From NCBI GenBank assembly GCA_020536535.1, contig JAHLWZ010000579.1:62001-126000 (forward strand): a DNA stretch of 64,000 bases, in the 5' to 3' direction. The notes beneath the pieces were generated by a model. It was not told the origin of the DNA. It did no database searches and saw nothing but the letters and a program-made list of their open reading frames with translations. The number at the start of each line of letters is the position of its first letter. The first letter of the stretch is position 1. The stretch is from Pelomyxa schiedti (lineage: Eukaryota > Protista > Evosea). The position numbers and the translations under genes are program-made. Below are positions 28,201 to 40,741 of the stretch, piece after piece.

Positions 28201-31112
28201 GATACTGGCTTAGCTGGAATAGAAGTAGCACGTGCTAGTGCACCGACAATTAGGGGTTGCAGTATATGTAGTTCAAGGGGGTTTGGAATCACCTTGCATG
28301 ATAGTGGCAAGGGCACCATAACTTCTTGTAATATTTATTCGAACATGAGGGAAGGAGTTGATGTAAGGACTCTTTTGCAGTAATATAGTAACATCAGTAA
28401 GGTACATAGGACTAGTCAAGCTGTATTAGTAAGTAGTTATGTACATCACAATGCAAAAACTGGAGTGCATTTGATCGGTTCAAAATGTGAGATTACAGGG
28501 TGTCATATATTTTCTGTATGTCCTAGTGTTCCTACTACCAATAGTCTCACAAGTATTTTCTTTTGTAGAATGAACTCGCAGGAGTAAGAACATCACATTC
28601 CAAACTTAACATGTGTCAATGTTGGATACAAGGAAACAAGCTCCCCGGGCTTGTTATTTTGCGAGATTCTAAGGCTCATGTAACAAATTGTTGTTTCAGA
28701 GCAGGTGAACAGTCTGGGTGTGCAACCGCGTGTTTCTCTCTATCTGTCTTAATAACTGGTTCTTGTAGTATCTTTTTCTGTAATGGTGGCCATGGGTCTG
28801 TCGAGAAGTGCACTATCTCAAGCAACAGTCTGGCTGGGGTTGAAATTTCTACAGACTCGGATCCAGACATTCGCCACTGTATAATTGATTCCAACAAGTA
28901 TGGTGTTCACTATAGAGACAGAGGTAGTACCCCTTCCTTCCAAATCTGCTAAAGTTTGAAGGGCTTGGCCATCTGGAGAACTGTACAATCATACGTAACA
29001 GCAGTAGCAATATCCGCGTCTTTGATGAAAGTGAGCCTTTTATTCGGGCCTGTCGAGTATTTGAAAGTGGGGGTGTGGGAATACGCTTCAGTAATTGTGG
29101 GAGTGGCGCGATCTTGGAGAACTGCGACATAGCGGCGAGCAATGCATCAAATGTAGAGATAATTGGGAACTGTAGCCCCACAATAAGGTCCTGTCAAATA
29201 CATGACGGGAACGAAACAGGACTGAGATTTGATAAAGAAGCCAGTGGTATGGTTGAACTGTGCACGATTTTTCGCAATTGCTTAGAAGGAATAAGTGTAC
29301 GTAACTTGGCATACCCTCTTATTAGGAAGTGTCTTATTGTAGAAGGGCTGCAGGTTGCTACATTACACGATTTACTTTGCTTAACGATTGCTATCTAACA
29401 GAGCGGAATAGTATTGCACTCGTGTGGGTCCTCCACTTTAATAGACAACTGTGAAATTCATTCCAATACAACCTCTGGTATAGAATTAAGTAAAAATAGG
29501 TTTGTATAATCAATGGTTCCTTCTTAATTCCCCAATAGTGCTCCTATTATCCGGGGATGCAACATTCATGAATGCCTTTTTGCTGGTGTCCAGTACTTAG
29601 ACGAATCAGGTGGCTCTCTTCTGGAGTGCAAAATATCCAACAATGGAACACCCATGAGACCTCAACCTGGAATTGAGGTTCCTAGTATGGGCGGGCCAAT
29701 TATCAAAAATTGCGTGATTGACGGGAGTGCAATAAGTACCAAGAGCACCCAGGAGACACCCCGACCAAACTTGAGGATAGCGCAAGTCATTTTCACACCA
29801 GGTGAAATTGCTGCTTCAACAGACAACTACAATGAAAGTCGCAAATTGGGGGAAGGTGCCCATGGTAAGGACAATAGCTGAATGATCGTTACCATTTATT
29901 TTGTACATTAGGTATCGTTTTTAGAGGTGTTCTGCACGGAACTCCTGTGGCAGTTAAGGTTATGGATAGCAAACTGCGGTCCAGTGTGAAAAAAGGATTT
30001 GAATATGAAGTTCAACTTCTCAGCACATTTAGGTAGTAAACAGGAAAAAGAAGAATAATAACACCAGACATAGGCACAGAAACCTGGTCCCACTTTTAGG
30101 CTGTTGCAGTGGTGAACCACTGGCTCTCGTTTATGACTTAATGGAAGGTGGGGCCCTTAAACCTCTATTGAAGCAAGCTCGGCGTTCTTTTGCAAAAGGT
30201 GTTTTATTTCTTTTGTGGGTGGCTTTCTGAGAGGTTTTACTAGATCAATCTGATTTACTTCCATGGAAGCAGAGACTTAATATTGCAATTGGATGTGCAC
30301 GTGGTCTCTTATTCCTACATGCAACAACAAAACCTCCTGGTATTCTTCTCTTGTTGTATGATCCATATCTCACCTTCTTTGCAGTGATTCACCGTGATTT
30401 CAAAAGTGCAAATGTATGGCCTACTTACTTTTTCCTTCTTGGACACACAATGTCTAGGTGCTCCTCGACAGGCACCGAGAACCCAGAATTGGTGATTTTG
30501 GTCTGGCACGTCTTCTGCCAGAAAACACTCAAACAGGGAATTCTGCTGGAACTCCAGGATATGTATGATACCGCCCTCTTCACCACAGATTTTTCAATGA
30601 AAAAAAAAAAAAAATTAAGATATGCCCTGAATATGACGCCCATGGCACACTCACAACAAAGGTTGTCCCTTCTTCTCCAGCTGTCCAACTGATTTCAACC
30701 AGGTGGATGTGTACAGTTTTGGAGTGGTTCTTATGGAACTTCTTACCGGGATGCCGGCACTGTTGTATGATAAAGACGACAACGGAGATGTAATTGAAGA
30801 CTCCGAAATGCCGCTCCCTGAATGGGTGGCATATAACATTGCACGGGGTATGAAACGAACCCCCGAAAATCCCCTTAGCGCAATACTACAACCGAACTGG
30901 CCTGTCGATGTGAGTGATTATTCACTAGCACATATCCTCTCACTTACAATTCCTAGATTGCTGTTAGTTTGTACAATGTAGCCCGGCAGTGCCTCGTTTC
31001 AGAGCAAGATAAAAGGGTCTCTATGGCTGATGTTCTCGCCACGCTTGAGGTCATTGAACTTACTGCTACGGAATATGTTGGTGCCACAAACGAGAGTGAG
31101 ACTGGTGAATAA
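25248..31112 (+). CDS. Large cytosolic protein: right-handed beta-helix interrupted by an Ig-like + pseudokinase module, then C-terminal IRAK/Pelle/RLK-like kinase
   Basis: MRITVAPKGGDFTSLGEAI..VVPGTYVE (beta-helix cap); ITTKLDFDEI..VVHHKL..AKLSEFG..YTAPE (pseudokinase); many GIEV..A.PTI..C.I repeats; FTPGEIAASTDNYNESRKLGEGAHG..VAVK..HRNLVPLLG..HRDFKSAN..DFGLAR..GTPGY (active kinase). The frame continues from the first kinase into the beta-helix at 27490-27660. Confidence 0.82.
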
Positions 31113-31249
31113 CCAATCTTCTGTAAACAAAACCGGAAACCGCTGGCAATAAGCACATCGACATCAAAACGAAAAGACAAGAGGGCACTCAAAAAAATGA
31201 TTTTGTTATTTTTGAGGATCTTTTTGGCTAATACATTTTACTGTTGTGC

Positions 31250-34200
31250 TTAGGGTTTTAGTACCAAGTCCGTTGAGTTTTTCATTGCTGTAAAGACAAG
31301 AGATGGCCTAGTTTTCACGCGGAACAGGATTCCTTCTCCAGTGAAAAATCCCCATGATTTTTTCCCGTATTCCAGTTCAAGCTGAAAGTATTTTTAGAGG
31401 ATTAGAAAAAGAGAAAAAGTGATACCACAAATTCCGGGTCACCATTGGCTATCAGCGACTCTGAAACAAGTGGTCAGTTTTTTGCTCTGGTTTTTTTTTT
31501 TTGTACCTAGATACGAATTCAGGTATCGGCGGGTAATTTTGATGGGATTCCCGGCTCCAAACACAATCTTGGAACTAAAAGTACCGCTTCCTTTATGGAA
31601 ATCCATTGGATTCATCATAGAGGGGCAGAGTGAAACTAGAAATATTGTTAAGTTTAAGGAGTAGATTAAGAGGAAGAAAACCAGGGTGCAGAACATGCTT
31701 GAATGTTGAGACCCAAAATGGGCCCATTGCTTTGGATAGTGCTGTCCAAAACTCATCACCAATGAATTTCAAAACAACCTGATTTACTGATAGATGCCCC
31801 GGCTTTGTTCCTTCAATGTGAACAACCATTCCAAATCGGCCTGTTTGATATTGAGGTGCCACCCTGGTCAACTTGGCCGCGCTTTTGACCTTTTGAGTGA
31901 CTAGTGCGGGGTGCCAGCTTGTTTCAGCAATAGTGTAGCCTCTGAGTACTAAAAATATCACAACCGGCACAGGGAGAATGACAGAATATGGAGAGGTCAG
32001 GAGGTAAATAATCTTCACCACAATAGAAGGGAATAGCAATGATAGAGTTGAAGTGGTGGTAGGTCTCAGCAAGTTCAATTTCAACAAATAAAATGCCACC
32101 ACGGGTGCCATAACCCATAAAGCATAAATCGGGAACAGCAATATCTCTCCAATATAGACAGTCCGACGATAGCGGAAACAGAATAAACACAAAGATACCA
32201 ATATCTTTCTATAGGCTCGCCATAATTTACCACTTATGACGTTGTCCCACATCCAGAGATAGGCAGAGGAAGGCGAGAACCATACTACGTGAACCTGAAT
32301 AACCTGCCACAATTGGGTGAGAACTTGTCGCGTAGTAGATAACCAACCTTCATAGAGACCTCCCAACTCAGAATTAACGTTGATACCACAAAGAATACCC
32401 ATGTAAGTTTCACAATGATATTAAAGTCACTCAGGTATTCAACAGACCCCAGTAGTCGTAAGAGTGCCACGGAATTGCTAGTGACACAAACAGGGAAGAA
32501 AAAGCAGACACACAAGAACACAATTGTTCCCCATACCGACTGAACAATAGAAGGAGCCTTGTTAAGTGCACGTGCCCACACAGGGGAAAAAAGGGTTGCC
32601 ACAACAGCAAATAGCACATTGGGTGTGGAAAGTATCACAGCAAGGTCATTTGCCACCACAAACGGAATGCTGAGTGCTAAAAAGATAGCAGTTTCATGCA
32701 TTTTCCAGAAGGAAAAACTGCAATCAGAGACCAATCCTTTGCTAGCGGTACTTGCACTGGACATAAACGTTGGAGATAGTGAATGCCTCCACCCAATATA
32801 GTAATACAGTGGAATTAAAGTGTAACCCAGAAGTTTAAGTGGGAGTGCCAACAGATGCGGTGACTCGTATAAACTTCGAAGAGTCAATTCAAAAATACAG
32901 TGATGATAGAGTGTCAAGGTGAGAGGGAAGGTCCCAGTTTCAAAATGTCTCTTCCGAGCCTCCAACCCTTGGAAGTAGCACTCTTGGATTAAATCGGTTG
33001 CGTGATTACTTGGAGGTTTGGCTTTCTTATAAAACAGTTTGGTCATGTAATAGCAAACTCTAAGCAATTCCAATGCATGAAAAACTGTCAAGAAGATGAA
33101 TGCTACCATCATAAGATGTGTGAGATCTAGTAGAAGTTGCTGAAAACACTGTCTAGCAGTTCGATATAGAGTTAGTGTCTTCCAGCCATAGAGTCTTGTC
33201 TTACGTTCCTTTTTGGGTTTCGCTGTAGGCTTATATACTTTATAGAAATAGGCTGCATAATGAAGAAGTGAGTGGGAGCGAAGAACAGAGACTGCGCAGA
33301 TGATTATGAGTACTGTGTGACAGTAGTCTTGAAACACAATAATAACAATGTGAAGCAAAAGCCATCTTAGTTTCATTCCAGCACGGTTCTCCTTGAAGAC
33401 AAGTGCGTGAATAAACATCGACCACCGCCAAGGTGCCACAAGTGCCAGTGGTGCTATGAGTACAAAAGGGAGATCACGGAGCCACCGCCAAAAAACTCTC
33501 ACCACCATCATGTGTTCACTATCCCCACTTTCCCATTTTCTGATTTCATGAACGAGAGATGGAATCCTCCACAAGGTGGCGACAATAATACATATCAAAA
33601 AGAAGCAGGGTATATCCTTTAACGCAAGTAAGAAGTAATCGAAAGTCAATCTCCGCCTCTCCCAAGCTGTCTCGCACTGCCAAGCAGCACGTAGCAAGAA
33701 AGGTAAACGCCATAAGGAAAGTAGTGCCAGAATTGGAAAGGGTGTATCAATGATAAGTTGGCAGAATTGTGAAAATACAATCTGATGCCAGGATACTTGT
33801 CGAGTCGGCACAGGATTTTCCTCCACTTGAATTGAAGGGGATTTTTTGGAAGCCATTTTAAAGTGCGGCACCAGGAGTGATATCAGAACAGGGACACGAT
33901 ACATAGTCAATATAATGGGAATGAGAAGCAAGAATGTTGGCAAATCTAGAGTCCATAGCAGCAGATGGTGCAGAGTCACCTGGCGCCAATGACTTCTCTT
34001 GACGCGTCGTGTTGAAGTACGAAATACATCTGATAGGAACGCATAAGCCCGCCATAGAGTAATTAGCAGTAAAATGTTTGCAGCGACAACAGGTACATCA
34101 AACATATCAACAAACAGAAGTAGAAAGTGGCGAACAGCAGTTTCCCTGCGTTTATATGCATTACTGGTGTTGTAGATATCTCTCCACATGAAAAATGCTC

Positions 34201-35707
34201 TCCAGAGGAGTAGAGTAACAATACCCCCCACAACAATGAATGGGGTATCTACTAGTAGACTTCCAAACTGAAGTAAAATTTTACTATCACATTCGCTCAA
34301 TGTATTGCATGTCCTTAAATCAGAATACAGAGATTTGAGACGGTAAACTGTCAAAATCAAAACTATCCAGGCACACAGTGCTAAAATGTCAATAAAGATA
34401 GAAACAAATTGAATCAGTGCCTCTGCTCGCCTTGCTCCAGCAACATGTCTGCCAGTAACCGCAGCCCATTCTCTGTACATGATCACAGACCGGTACATTG
34501 TCAAAGTGACGAAAATGACAAATGGAGAAACTAATAGGTCTAACAATGCCCCAGTGCCAGCAGAAACGCAATGTCCCCGCATAGAATAGATATCACCAGT
34601 GTGAAAAACGGACTCAAAAAGGGATGACCATCTCCAGGGAGTAAGGAGAGCCAGAGAAGAAAATGAGAAAGCTGCCACGTCAATAGCACCTTGAATGGTG
34701 TGATGCAGAATGATCTTCCGCGGCAATAAGTCCTCCCTGAATCGAGGACAGATCTCAGAGGGCCACGCCTACCATATTTGGTAAACAGTTTTGTTTTAAT
34801 CAACTGAAGAGGGGAATCACAGAAATTGTCTGGTGGTAAGCCCTTGACCATCTCCACGGAACCATCAAGATCACCGATATAAGCAAAGCTACATCAAATA
34901 TTGCTAGTCCAAGTTCCACGCGGACCTGGGCCCTAAAACTCCGGAGATAAACCGGTTTGCCATTTGTTCCACGAAGGGACTGACTTAAACAGTAGAGATA
35001 GGAGGAGAAATGGTATAGATGGAGCACAAGAACTATAGGTACAAGAAGGGCATAAAAGAAATCCTGATGAAGATCAGTACCCAGAAGGGAAAATAAGAGA
35101 AACCAGAATCGAATCCCAGAAAAGATGACCAACAGAGAGAACACGCATATCTTTTCTATACTTAGAAAGGAATCCCGGAATTAGTGCCTGTGCGTTTGGA
35201 TCACTTGAACCAAAGTAAATTCCATACACTATACAACACCAAAATACAAGGGTCTGTCCCAATCCTTCAAAGGAGTGAATATCAAGTGAGAGCTAAAACA
35301 AAAAACTTACCAACATAGAACTCCGGGAAAAAATTTCGCAGTAGCCCAAAGACCAGAGGGTAAAGACTCCACAAAAGTGCAAACATGCAGGAAACGCACA
35401 CAGCCCTCAGTCCCACAAGTATTATCCTGCCAGATAACCCCACCCCCGTTTTTGTTTTCTCCTCAGTCCCTTTTTTCTTTGATAGCGGGCCAGTGCCGGT
35501 GAAACCGAGCCCGGCGGTGCAACTCAACGCGGCAAGGATGAGTACAATTATGGGATACGCCAGTGTCATGCAGCCGTAGCCAACCAGTCTCCCAATGGCA
35601 TGCAGAACTACAACCAACACTGGTCTGGATTCTGAATCGTCATCAGTGACGCTCGTGCGACCCTGAGGAGACTGGGCAGGTACTTCCTGCTTCCCCCTCT
35701 TCGACAT
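31250..35707 (-). CDS. Very large polytopic membrane protein with ~12 tandem D-x-P...(T/P)-x-(W/Y)-R hydrophobic repeats; function unknown
   Basis: ORFs 35282..35707, 34800..35144, 32285..34726 and 31593..32402 joined by short introns; final exon ends ...DLVLKP-TAA at 31250. Confidence 0.7.
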
Positions 35708-35843
35708 CGCAGTTTTTTTCCTTTTTTTTCTTGTTGGCGATGCTTAGACGAATTGATGAATATCTAAAATTTGTGTTTTCGCCACAAGTGTGGTAAAGTA
35801 TTAACAGATAGAAGATAGGGTTGGTGTTGAGGTGGGTTGTTTG

Positions 35844-37373
35844 TTAAAATTGGTTGGCAGCAGTTTCCAGTGCCTGGTTCTCAAAAGAGGCCCGCAGAAT
35901 TTCTCGTATGATTTCCTGTTGTTCACTGTAATCATCATTTTGTTCACTCTCAGATGACTGTGGATTGGTGTTGATTCTGAATACAACCTCTCCTTGAGCA
36001 AGAAGGCCCCTTCCTGTGATGATGTACTTCACTCCACACACTGGTGAAATTGGGCTCTTAACAATTACGAGCAACCTACCTTTATTTTTGGTTGCTTGTT
36101 TGTGAGCAGTGTGACAACATCATAGGTTTAGGGGATTGCTTACTTTCATTTGCTGGGGAGAGTGCTACTTTGGGGGTAAAGTACTGCAATGTAATGCGAT
36201 GATTGACGCAATAATACCATGCGACGCCCAGTGAAGGTACCACCGCATCATTTTTAGTGGTGACTTGGTTGATCAGAACCACCGCAACATTTAGGGCAGC
36301 GGAAAGATATTTGAGTTGTGAGGCCACTTGTCCAAGAAGCCCTGCACAAGTAACAGGAGTGAGCCACAATAGGTTGAACTGGCACTCAAACTTTGACGAC
36401 GCACAGCAGAGCTATTATAGTCAAATGAACGGAATAACACCGCGATGGAGTCGACAACAAGAAGTGCAACTTGGTTGTCAACAATAGTGTCATCAAGTTT
36501 CCCAAGTCTAAGAAGACAGTACAATGAATTTCCTTTCAAGGGGGAAGAAATTTACTGCTCCATGAATCCATCTGCCGTGGTAGGATGGTAGAGTATGACC
36601 CGGTTAAGAAGTTCACGAAAACTAGTATCATCAAGTGCCAGTTCCGGTTTCATTTCTTTTATAATTTCACTTAACCTTTTTTGTTTGTTTAAAGTGTGAA
36701 GTTAGTACCAAACTGGAATTCTATAGGTGTAAACCTTGTTGGAGATAAGGTTCCCTCAGCATCAAAATATATAACACTACTACCTAAACCACCAAGCTCT
36801 GGTGGCAGAATTGTAGTCGCCGTTAGCATATGAGCAAACTGAGTCTTTCCTACTCCAGCTGGCCCAACAATCTGACACATGGAAAAAATCGAAGAGTGAG
36901 TAATAATGTTCATAGTGCTATTGATACCTCAGTGATGGAACAGGCAGGAATACCACCATGGAGCACTACGTCCACTGGCGCAATATTAGTAGGAATGAAC
37001 TTGAATCTGGGGGAGGCAGCAACTATCTCTGCTATCTTTGTCACTTAGAAAAAATAGTATCCACCAAAAGAAGGTACAAACAGTGTTACAAGGGGGTGCC
37101 TCTTTTAAAGCACACTTCCGTATCAACTCTCCCACAATCGCAGTGGGCAAATCAAGTGTCTGCACTAGCTCCCATTCACTCCATTGCAACACATCCTGGC
37201 AAGAAGTAAAAAAAAGAAAAAAAAAAAGTAAATCCTAACAACAACAAAACAAAAAAAAAGGGGAACGTGAGACAGACTGCACATGTATTTAAGTTCTTGA
37301 GATGACATCGCTCCAACACACTGAGGGGCAGCCCAGTCCTATCAATGCTACGTCGCGGTCTCCCTTCGTACAT
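35844..37373 (-). CDS. RAD51B: RAD51 paralogue, most like RAD51B
   Basis: HhH N-terminus, LHGGIPACSITEIVGPAGVGKTQF (Walker A), VIYFDAE, LLVVDSIA (Walker B), VVLINQV, PSLGVAWYYCVNHRI, IVKSP. Confidence 0.88.
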
Positions 37374-37502
37374 ATAGTACCCCCGACCCGAATTCCAAGC
37401 TAACAGATCGGATCTGTTAGTGGAGGCTAAAAAAACGCTTGGTTTTTTGTTTTTTTGTTTGTTTGTTTTCTTCATAGTGGTGAATTACAATGGGGATGTT
37501 TC

Positions 37503-39090
37503 TCACATCAGGCAGCAGTTGTTGCCATCATCTTTCTTTGTGGAGGTAGTGGTTGAGGTTGATGGTGAGGAATGGCTGGGATAGCACTCGTTGATTACAC
37601 ATTGCCAGTGCAGTGACAATTTGTTGAAAGCTCCTGGGTCCTCTTTTTCCTTAGTGTTGGTGAGTTTGTAGGAAGAAAGGAATGAATGGAACGAATTCTA
37701 ATTCCCACACCAGGACGCGGAACTCAAATGCAGTGTTTCCTGAGAGTACTCGGCTTTCTTCACTCCAATCAAATAGAGCGGGGCTGGTGCCGGGGCACTG
37801 GTGCATTTTTTAAAATTTAGTTATATGATATAACCAGAGATTATTACTATATAATAATGGATTATTAGAAAATAAGAATTGAAGCGTAGAACCCATGGAT
37901 TTAATTCCACAAGCCACACAGCATTGGTGTGCGGGTTATAGGCAAAATCAGCAACATAGGTGTCGAATGGTACTCGTTCACATACAACCCCGTTGAAGAA
38001 TTCCAGAATCCTCGATTTGATTTGCTCTTTCTGAATTTGGTATCAGTGTTTAATCAATATAAGTACTTGGGGTGCACACATTGGCCACAACACCAGGCAC
38101 AAAACAGAACTTGTAGTAGTGTGAGAGTGCCGTCATCTTCCTGTTATATATAAATGCCCGGAACTCATATTCAGGATACAGCTCTTGCCACTCCCGTACC
38201 ACAAAATTAATTTTCCAAGGGTCGGTTGGAGGAATGACTTCCAATTGGTGCTGAAGGTGCTTTTGAACTCTCTCACTAAGCTTAGTTAATATGAATGAGT
38301 TACTCTGAGTGTCTTTTACCTTCGCTTAAACATCAACATTGCTTCAGCACCAGTTGTTACTCTGCACGCCCTGTAAATTGCTCTGTTCAGCTCTATCACG
38401 GCCAGTGAGGGAGAGACGGAGAGGTCAGGTAAGGGGCCCAAAGTACTCAAAGAGTTCTTTAGATGTTCACAGACTTCCTTGCTCTTGAATTTTGTGGCAT
38501 CTTTTGGGCTGAGTTGCTAAATATCTTCGGTCCTCGTGAAACATGAAGGAAAACCTGAGGGTAGAGAGCCTCACAAAAGCTGCACCAGCTTTTAATGACC
38601 TTATTGCAGCTTCAATCTTTGCCTCCATCTATAAAAATGCCACGTTATTGGAATATCACGAAACAAGATACAGCAATCCTTTCATATACTAAAGAGAAAT
38701 ACAAAACCCACTTCAGCAATTACAGGCTCCACTTGTACGAGTCAGTAAAGTAAATGAATACCTCGCACATAAAATACAAAAATATGGGAGGTTTGAAATA
38801 CAAACCTGTGACTGGAGAGGATGAGCTAGAACTAGGTTGATTCTGCCACCGTAGAATGGCCCCAGCATCATCCCTGCTTAACGGAATCACCACAGACCTG
38901 AATGTAACATCCCCAACAACATCTATCCACCCCTCCACATTGGCAAGTCCTAGGGAAACAAAAAAAGTTGTTGTTGGAGAGAAGCAAAAATGCTGAGGCC
39001 CTAGAGGGCAAAAAAACAGCAAATTTGCTGTACAAGGCACGTTACGTTGGTGGTTGGTAACGAACCTGATTCCTCTGTTGCTACTTTCAT
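37503..39090 (-). CDS. Cdc123/D123-like ATP-grasp protein ending in CaaX (CCLM)
   Basis: VTFRSVVIPL, FVRL..SPKDA, VVREWQELYPEYEFRAFIYNRKMTALSHY, WLVELNPW, ALFDW, FEFRVL|EKEDP...GNNCCLM-TGA. Confidence 0.8.
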
Positions 39091-39206
39091 TTGAGTTTAC
39101 TGCCTTTTCAGGGGGGAATGAATGGACTTGGGTGTGTTTTATTCGATTCTTGGGTTTTTATTATGGAGAAAGGTACAAGTGGTGGACTGGCCATTGAGGA
39201 CTGAGG

Positions 39207-40527
39207 TTAGAGTTGCCCTACTGACGCGAGACGGGCAAGTTCGAGAGCGCCGTGAATACCAGCATTCCCGCCAAAGCGGGATTTAACAATGTAGTTGTTA
39301 ATTGCATCTGTTTGCGTAAGTTAGGAACTAGGGGGTTGGTGTTTGGTAGATGGGACATACTGGTAGTCACTGCCGGGGAGTCAATGTAGCCACTCAGGAG
39401 ATGTGTTACTTTCCGGCGAATTGCGGGTAGTAGTAGCTCTCGGTTCATGATTCCACCTCCAAGAACAATGACACATGGTGAGACAGTAAGCACCAAAGTA
39501 GCGCACATGTGTGCCAAGTAGTGCCTGTTCAACTCTTAGCCATTTTATAATACTGTTGTCCCTTACGCGACGTGATCCCAGTCTGGGTGTGTATCTGGGA
39601 CATTTTGGAGGTTTGCTTGGTCAACTTGGAATCTCTCAGCCAATGCGTGACTAGCTACCATTGCTTCAACACATGGAACTTCTTTGTGGAAGGGGCAGCA
39701 CCCTGGGTAAGTGTCACCAACTGCTCGTGGGGTGCTTAAAAAGAGGTTAGGCGCCAGTTATGAGTACATCTTGTTATCCACACACAACATATGACCCATC
39801 TCTGGATGGAGCAGACCATGAACTGGGTGCCCGTCAACTACAATGCCAACTCCCACACCAGTACCCACAGTAATGTAAGCACAGCTTGTCAGGCTACGCA
39901 ACCTGTTCACCATAAGAATTCAAAAACATACAATGGAGAAAGGCAGTACGGAGGGGGTATGTGGCCTCCATGTGTAACCTCATTGAGAGCAGCAGCATTA
40001 ACATCGGTGTCAAATCGCACAGGAACAGTTTCAAACCCCACAGTAAGGAGCTTTAGAAGGTTCACATTCCTCCAAGAGGTCTTCGGTGTTGTTGTAATGT
40101 ACCCAAACCTTTCAGTACGATTAAAAAGCAGTCAAGCAACCAACACCCACATTGGGGATGACCCGCAAGGATCAATTGGGCCAAAGGAAGCAACACCCAA
40201 GCACTCAAACGGTTGGTGCTCTCTCAACCTAAAATTGTGAAACCACAGGCATAGAACATGCACATACAAATAAAAAAAAGTTACCACGCATTTATCTTGA
40301 CCAAGACATCAGCCGGGCCGCCTCCCTCGGTCGCAAATGTCGCTTTTTCAACGATTCTCCACGCAGGATGTGCCAAAACATCACTCGTAGATCCCGTCTC
40401 GCCGACTGTCATAGTTTCCGCTATTGCGACGCGTATGCTCTGTCCCCTTTGTTATGTAAACATCATGCAGTGAAGATCTAAAAACGGCCTACCCTGTCTC
40501 GACACCAGCAAACCTCTTCCGCATCAT
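39207..40527 (-). CDS. ROK-family fructokinase (ScrK-like)
   Basis: [65 protein letters not shown] (Zn site), IVLGGGIM. Confidence 0.93.
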
Positions 40528-40741
40528 TGTTTTTCCTTTTTTTTCTTTTTCTGTTTCTGCTTTTTTGTTTGATGGCCTCGTCGTTTGAGAGGGCAGGCAA
40601 AAAGATTTTTTTTTTTTGTTGGTTCAATGGCTTTTAGGCCACTGGCTAATTGTATGTCGGAGGGATGTTATGAAGATACATGGAAGGTTTTGGGTATGGG
40701 TTGTTATGGGATGGCGGGACGAAGGATCGAGGTAAAGTCGG

